A stretch of 64,000 nucleotides of DNA, from the NCBI RefSeq assembly GCF_046297615.1, contig NZ_JBKBHM010000002.1:91437-155436 (forward strand), read 5' to 3'. Position numbers and translations under genes: made by a program. The notes beneath the pieces were generated by a model, which was given only the letters and a program-made list of their open reading frames with translations, did no database searches and was not told the DNA's origin. Within the stretch, counting starts at the first letter, position 1; each line of letters opens with the position of its first letter. The stretch is from Limnobacter sp. Its GTDB lineage: Bacteria > Pseudomonadota > Gammaproteobacteria > Burkholderiales > Burkholderiaceae_B. Below are positions 60,479 through 64,000 of the stretch, piece after piece.

Positions 60479-62230
60479 TTAAAACAGGCTGGCCTGAGGG
60501 TCTTCTTTTGGTAAGCCATCTTCGGGGGTATCACCGGTTTTTCGCCGAGTGCGCGCAAGGCCGTTGCGGTTGGGGTTTCTGGACCCATGCTTTTGATAAA
60601 CCCGCTTGGCTTCTGCCTCATACCCTGATTGATGGCGTGATTGGGTCAGCCGGGCCCTGGCCTCGGCGATTGCAGTGTCCGGGTTGACAATGGGTTGAGG
60701 ATAATCAACCCCAGCTTGATACCCACAGTCCATGGCAATCAATGCAGGCGTGGCCCACGGGGCGCTTCGGTACTCAGCAGGAAGTTTGGCCAACGCAGGA
60801 ATCCAGCGCGCGATGAAGACACCTTGAGGGTCATGGTCCATGGCCTGTTTCACGGGGTTGTAAATTCTCAGGGTGTTGATGCCAGTTACCCCGCTTTGCA
60901 TCTGAAACTGCGGGTAGTGAATGCCGGGTTCGTAATCCAGAAATTCGCGTGCCAGCAGCGGCGCGGTGTGTCGCCAGTCCAGCCAAAGCTGATAGCTGGC
61001 AAAGGCCACCAGCATCGCCCGCATGCGAAAGTTCACCCACCCTGTGGCTTTGAGCATGCGCATACACGCGTCAATCATCGGAAAACCTGTGCAGCCGTTG
61101 ATCCAAGCATCCAGCCTGGCTTTTTCGTCAGCGCTTAATGGCCCGCTGTTGCGCAAATGGTCCAAGCCCCGGTGGGCTGCGTGAAACTCCAGCTCGGGTT
61201 CCGACTCGAGTTTCTGAATGAAATGGCAGTGCCAGTGCAAGCGGCTTTCGAACGATTTTATGGATTGCAGCCAATGTCTGGCCGAGGGATGTCGAACATC
61301 CGACAAGCCCAACCAATGCTGCCTGGCCTGCCACAGTGCATGGACCACTTCACGAATGGACATCACTCCGTAGGCCAGATAAGGGGACAAACGTGAGCAT
61401 GCAGATTCTGCAGTCAACGGGCTGGACATTTCCCTTCGGTAATGCTCACCGCGCTGAGTCAAAAACTCGTGAAGCAGCCCCTCGGCCGCTGCTCTGCCCC
61501 CTCGCTGCCGAGCCGGTTTGTCTTGCCAGTCTTGTTGTGTCAGCGGTTTCGCAAGCCAGTCTGCGGGCCAATCGTCTTGAGAGGGCGGCTCACCATCGCA
61601 ACCCCAAAGGACGCGATGGCGCAAGGACGCCAGTGCACTTTCGATTTGGTTGACGGCTTGGGCTTGAGTCAGTGCTGAACGAACAGTCCATGAAGGCACC
61701 GGCAGGGGTTGGCTCTGCATGGTCTGGTCCCACAGGGCTGACCAATTGTCACGGTTGTTGAGTCGCCTGACCACCCCGTTGCTTGGGACTTCAAGCCATT
61801 CCCATCCCCGGTCTTTGCACACCTGGGCCACGGCGATGTCGCGCTGGTAACTGGCCCAGTTGCCGGTTTCTTCATGGCTGTAGAGGCGCACCCGGTGAAA
61901 CTGCTCGGCCAGCGCATGCAGGCACGGTGGAATGTCTTCGTTCACGAGAACAAGCGGCACCCTACCCGGCAGTTGTTGCCTGAGTGCTTGAAGGCACTCG
62001 GTGGCAAACCCGGTGTGCTGTGCCGCACAGTCTGGCGATGCCAGCAAGGTGGGCTCATAGGCATACACCAATGCCAGGGCACCACCCTCCTGAGCTTGCC
62101 GCGCCAAGGCGTGGGTCAGCGGCAAGTGGTCGCTCAGCCTCAAGTCCTTCTTGAGCCAGACCAAATGCAATTCGGTTCGAGTGGTGTGTTTGGCGGAACT
62201 GCGAATCATCGTCACTGCATTGAAGCACAT
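60479..62230 (-). CDS. Cryptochrome/photolyase family protein
   Basis: VWLKKDLRLSDH, SRLSPYLAYG, TGFPMIDACMRML..GW.N.R.R. The start is ambiguous (ATG 62230 or 62209), and the subfamily was not resolved. Confidence 0.8.
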   Translation of the reverse strand: MCFNAVTMIRSSAKHTTRTELHLVWLKKDLRLSDHLPLTHALARQAQEGGALALVYAYEPTLLASPDCAAQHTGFATECLQALRQQLPGRVPLVLVNEDIPPCLHALAEQFHRVRLYSHEETGNWASYQRDIAVAQVCKDRGWEWLEVPSNGVVRRLNNRDNWSALWDQTMQSQPLPVPSWTVRSALTQAQAVNQIESALASLRHRVLWGCDGEPPSQDDWPADWLAKPLTQQDWQDKPARQRGGRAAAEGLLHEFLTQRGEHYRREMSSPLTAESACSRLSPYLAYGVMSIREVVHALWQARQHWLGLSDVRHPSARHWLQSIKSFESRLHWHCHFIQKLESEPELEFHAAHRGLDHLRNSGPLSADEKARLDAWINGCTGFPMIDACMRMLKATGWVNFRMRAMLVAFASYQLWLDWRHTAPLLAREFLDYEPGIHYPQFQMQSGVTGINTLRIYNPVKQAMDHDPQGVFIARWIPALAKLPAEYRSAPWATPALIAMDCGYQAGVDYPQPIVNPDTAIAEARARLTQSRHQSGYEAEAKRVYQKHGSRNPNRNGLARTRRKTGDTPEDGLPKEDPQASLF

Positions 62231-62261
62231 GGGGGAGCGTTCTGCGCATTCCCCTCGTCGT

Positions 62262-63119
62262 TCAAGTGTATCGGCGCTGTCGCATTTGTTCAAACAGACA
62301 GATTGCAACGCTGCCTGCCACATTCAAGCTTTCGATGTGGCTGTTTTGGGGAATATTCACCCTCAGGTTCGCCCTGTTCAGCCACGCGGGCCGTACGCCC
62401 TGCCCTTCATGACCAAACACCCAAATGCCCGGTCTTTTCAGTGCACTGGTGTACAGGTCAACGCTGGGTGCTTGAAGGCTGGTGACTCGCACCTCGGGGC
62501 GGCTGCCCTTGGGTGTGTCATCCAATGCCTGCTCAACGGCCTGTGCATCCAGCAGGTTCAATGCCCATTGGGCCCCCATGCCAGCACGCAGTGCTTTGTC
62601 ACCCCAGGCCCAGGCACAATCGTCAGTGCAGGCCACCTGTTGCACACCAGCCGCTGCACAAGTGCGAAGTATGGTGCCCAGGTTGCCCGGGTCCTGAATG
62701 CCGTCCAGCACAACGACATCTTGGGTGAGGTCCAAAGCTGCCTGGGAGTCGCGCCACTTCACCACCAGCAAGGGGCCGGGCGACTGTTCAAGCCGACTGA
62801 ATTTTCGGTAGACATGATCGGGCACGGTGATGACATTCAATTCGTGTTGCCCTTGCTTGCCTCGTGCCAAACCCTCTTGGTTCAGCAAGGCCAGCAATCT
62901 TGGCCACTCGGGGTGCTTGGGAATGTCATCGGGCAAAATCACCAAATCCACCGAGCTGGGCCGGTGCATGAGAACCGCCTCAGCCAGGTGTAGGCCTTCT
63001 GCGGCTGCAACACCTTGAGACTTCATGCTGGACACTGAACCCAGCACTTTGCCCAGATTTTTCAGGAACTCGTTCTGCAGCGATTCAATCCGCCGGTAAT
63101 TCAACCCGTGTGTCACCAA
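62262..63119 (-). CDS. TrmH/SpoU family RNA 2'-O-methyltransferase
   Basis: SpoU motifs LDGIQDPGNLG, VFGHEGQG, SLNVAG. The non-ATG start overlaps the rnhB stop. Confidence 0.8.
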   Translation of the reverse strand: MVTHGLNYRRIESLQNEFLKNLGKVLGSVSSMKSQGVAAAEGLHLAEAVLMHRPSSVDLVILPDDIPKHPEWPRLLALLNQEGLARGKQGQHELNVITVPDHVYRKFSRLEQSPGPLLVVKWRDSQAALDLTQDVVVLDGIQDPGNLGTILRTCAAAGVQQVACTDDCAWAWGDKALRAGMGAQWALNLLDAQAVEQALDDTPKGSRPEVRVTSLQAPSVDLYTSALKRPGIWVFGHEGQGVRPAWLNRANLRVNIPQNSHIESLNVAGSVAICLFEQMRQRRYT

Positions 63120-63796
63120 AGGTCTCCTTGTTGGGTGGCCAGCGCCTGCCGCACCGGGCCAAAACTGCGCCGGTGAATGGGGCTCGCGCCGTGGCGGGCC
63201 AGCATTTCCAAATGCAGAGGTGTTGGGTAGCCCATGTGCACCTCGATGCCATACTGGGGGTAAAGGGTGGCTTGGGCCTTACACCAGCGGTCACGGTGAA
63301 CTTTGGCCACAATTGAGGCTGCTGAAACAGCGGGGATCTTCGCATCTCCTTTAACCACGGCGACACTTGGATAGGGCCAGGCCGGTAAGCGATTGCCATC
63401 CACTGCAACTAGTACGGATTCCTTCTGTAGCCCAAGTTTGGCCATCAGCGTATCCACAGCCTTGTGCATGGCCAAGAGGCTGGCCTGCAAAATGTTCAGG
63501 CGATCAATCTCTTCCACAGAACTTTCAGCGACAGCCCAGGCGTGTTCGTCTTGAGTGATCTGTTCGTACAGCCGCTCGCGTTGCTGGGGTTTCAGCGTTT
63601 TCGAACAGGCCAGGCCCTCTGGCCAAGGCTCAGCCAACAGCGCCACAGCACCGGCTGCAACGGGCCCGCACAATGGGCCCCTCCCTGCTTCATCCACACC
63701 GATGAGGGTTAAACCTCTTTCTTGGGCCAAGCTTCGAACCTCATCCCAAGTCCAGTCGGTCTTCAATCGCGCCGTTTTTCGTTCAGGCTTGGCCAT
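63113..63796 (-). CDS. rnhB: Ribonuclease HII
   Basis: GVDEAGRGPLCGPV and DSK-type VKGDAK...ASIVAK motifs. Confidence 0.93.
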   Translation of the reverse strand: MAKPERKTARLKTDWTWDEVRSLAQERGLTLIGVDEAGRGPLCGPVAAGAVALLAEPWPEGLACSKTLKPQQRERLYEQITQDEHAWAVAESSVEEIDRLNILQASLLAMHKAVDTLMAKLGLQKESVLVAVDGNRLPAWPYPSVAVVKGDAKIPAVSAASIVAKVHRDRWCKAQATLYPQYGIEVHMGYPTPLHLEMLARHGASPIHRRSFGPVRQALATQQGDLW

Positions 63797-64000
63797 GGCC
63801 TACTCGCCCCTGATTCAGGGTATTCAGAATGACTTCGGCTGCAATGTCACCTGATGGGCGCAACAGGGCCTGATGCTGATCCAGAAACGAAGACTCAAGC
63901 CGCTGGCGATTGGCATCATCATCCAACTGGAACAAGGTGGCTTCAGCCAGGGCTTGGGGTGTGGCTGCCTGCTGAATCAGCTCAGGCACCGCGAACTCAC
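63783..64000 (-). CDS. lpxB: Lipid-A-disaccharide synthase, C-terminal fragment (continues beyond the window)
   Basis: The translated tail ...PELIQQAATPQALAEA...QHQALL... is LpxB-like. lpxB-rnhB synteny. Confidence 0.7.
   Translation of the reverse strand, partial: EFAVPELIQQAATPQALAEATLFQLDDDANRQRLESSFLDQHQALLRPSGDIAAEVILNTLNQGRVGHGQA

Overview
The window looks like a chromosomal segment from a moderately high-GC betaproteobacterium, judged Burkholderiales/Comamonadaceae-like from gene order; no search was run.

**Core backbone.** Most of it is conserved housekeeping synteny:
- maf / yceD-rpmF-plsX-fabHDG-acpP-fabF
- rpoE-rseA-rseB-degP
- lepA-lepB-rnc-era-recO-pdxJ-acpS-nagZ
- ppiC-bolA-yciB-msrB-selO
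- mltG-tmk-holB-pilZ-tatD
- purT, ybiT, ldcA-tadA
- guaA-(GAF protein)-guaB
- rnfH-ratA / smpB
- NfeD-SPFH, ppsA/ppsR, and a photolyase-like gene followed by trmH-like-rnhB-lpxB

**Accessory regions.** Two regions look accessory.
1. About 30.7-36.2 kb holds a periplasmic ankyrin protein, an S8 subtilase with a GlyGly-CTERM-like tail, a small membrane protein, a TPR protein, two small coupled ORFs and a SIMPL protein.
2. About 42.2-48.9 kb is the most interesting. It is an integrase-less insertion between the guaA 3' end and the tadA promoter. It carries a minus-strand four-gene module:
   - a DUF1156-like zinc-ribbon DNA methyltransferase
   - an overlapping PD-(D/E)xK nuclease
   - an SD-preceded 77-aa ORF
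   - a translationally coupled AAA_13 (PrrC/RloC-like) coiled-coil ATPase with a CxxC hook and an R-x3-E...H C-terminal module

   I interpret this as a candidate composite restriction-modification plus abortive-infection defence system of uncharacterised architecture.

**Not found.** I saw no rRNA, tRNA, tmRNA, CRISPR array, transposase or integrase.

**Limits.** All family assignments come from motif recognition by eye on the supplied translations. No database search or computation was run.
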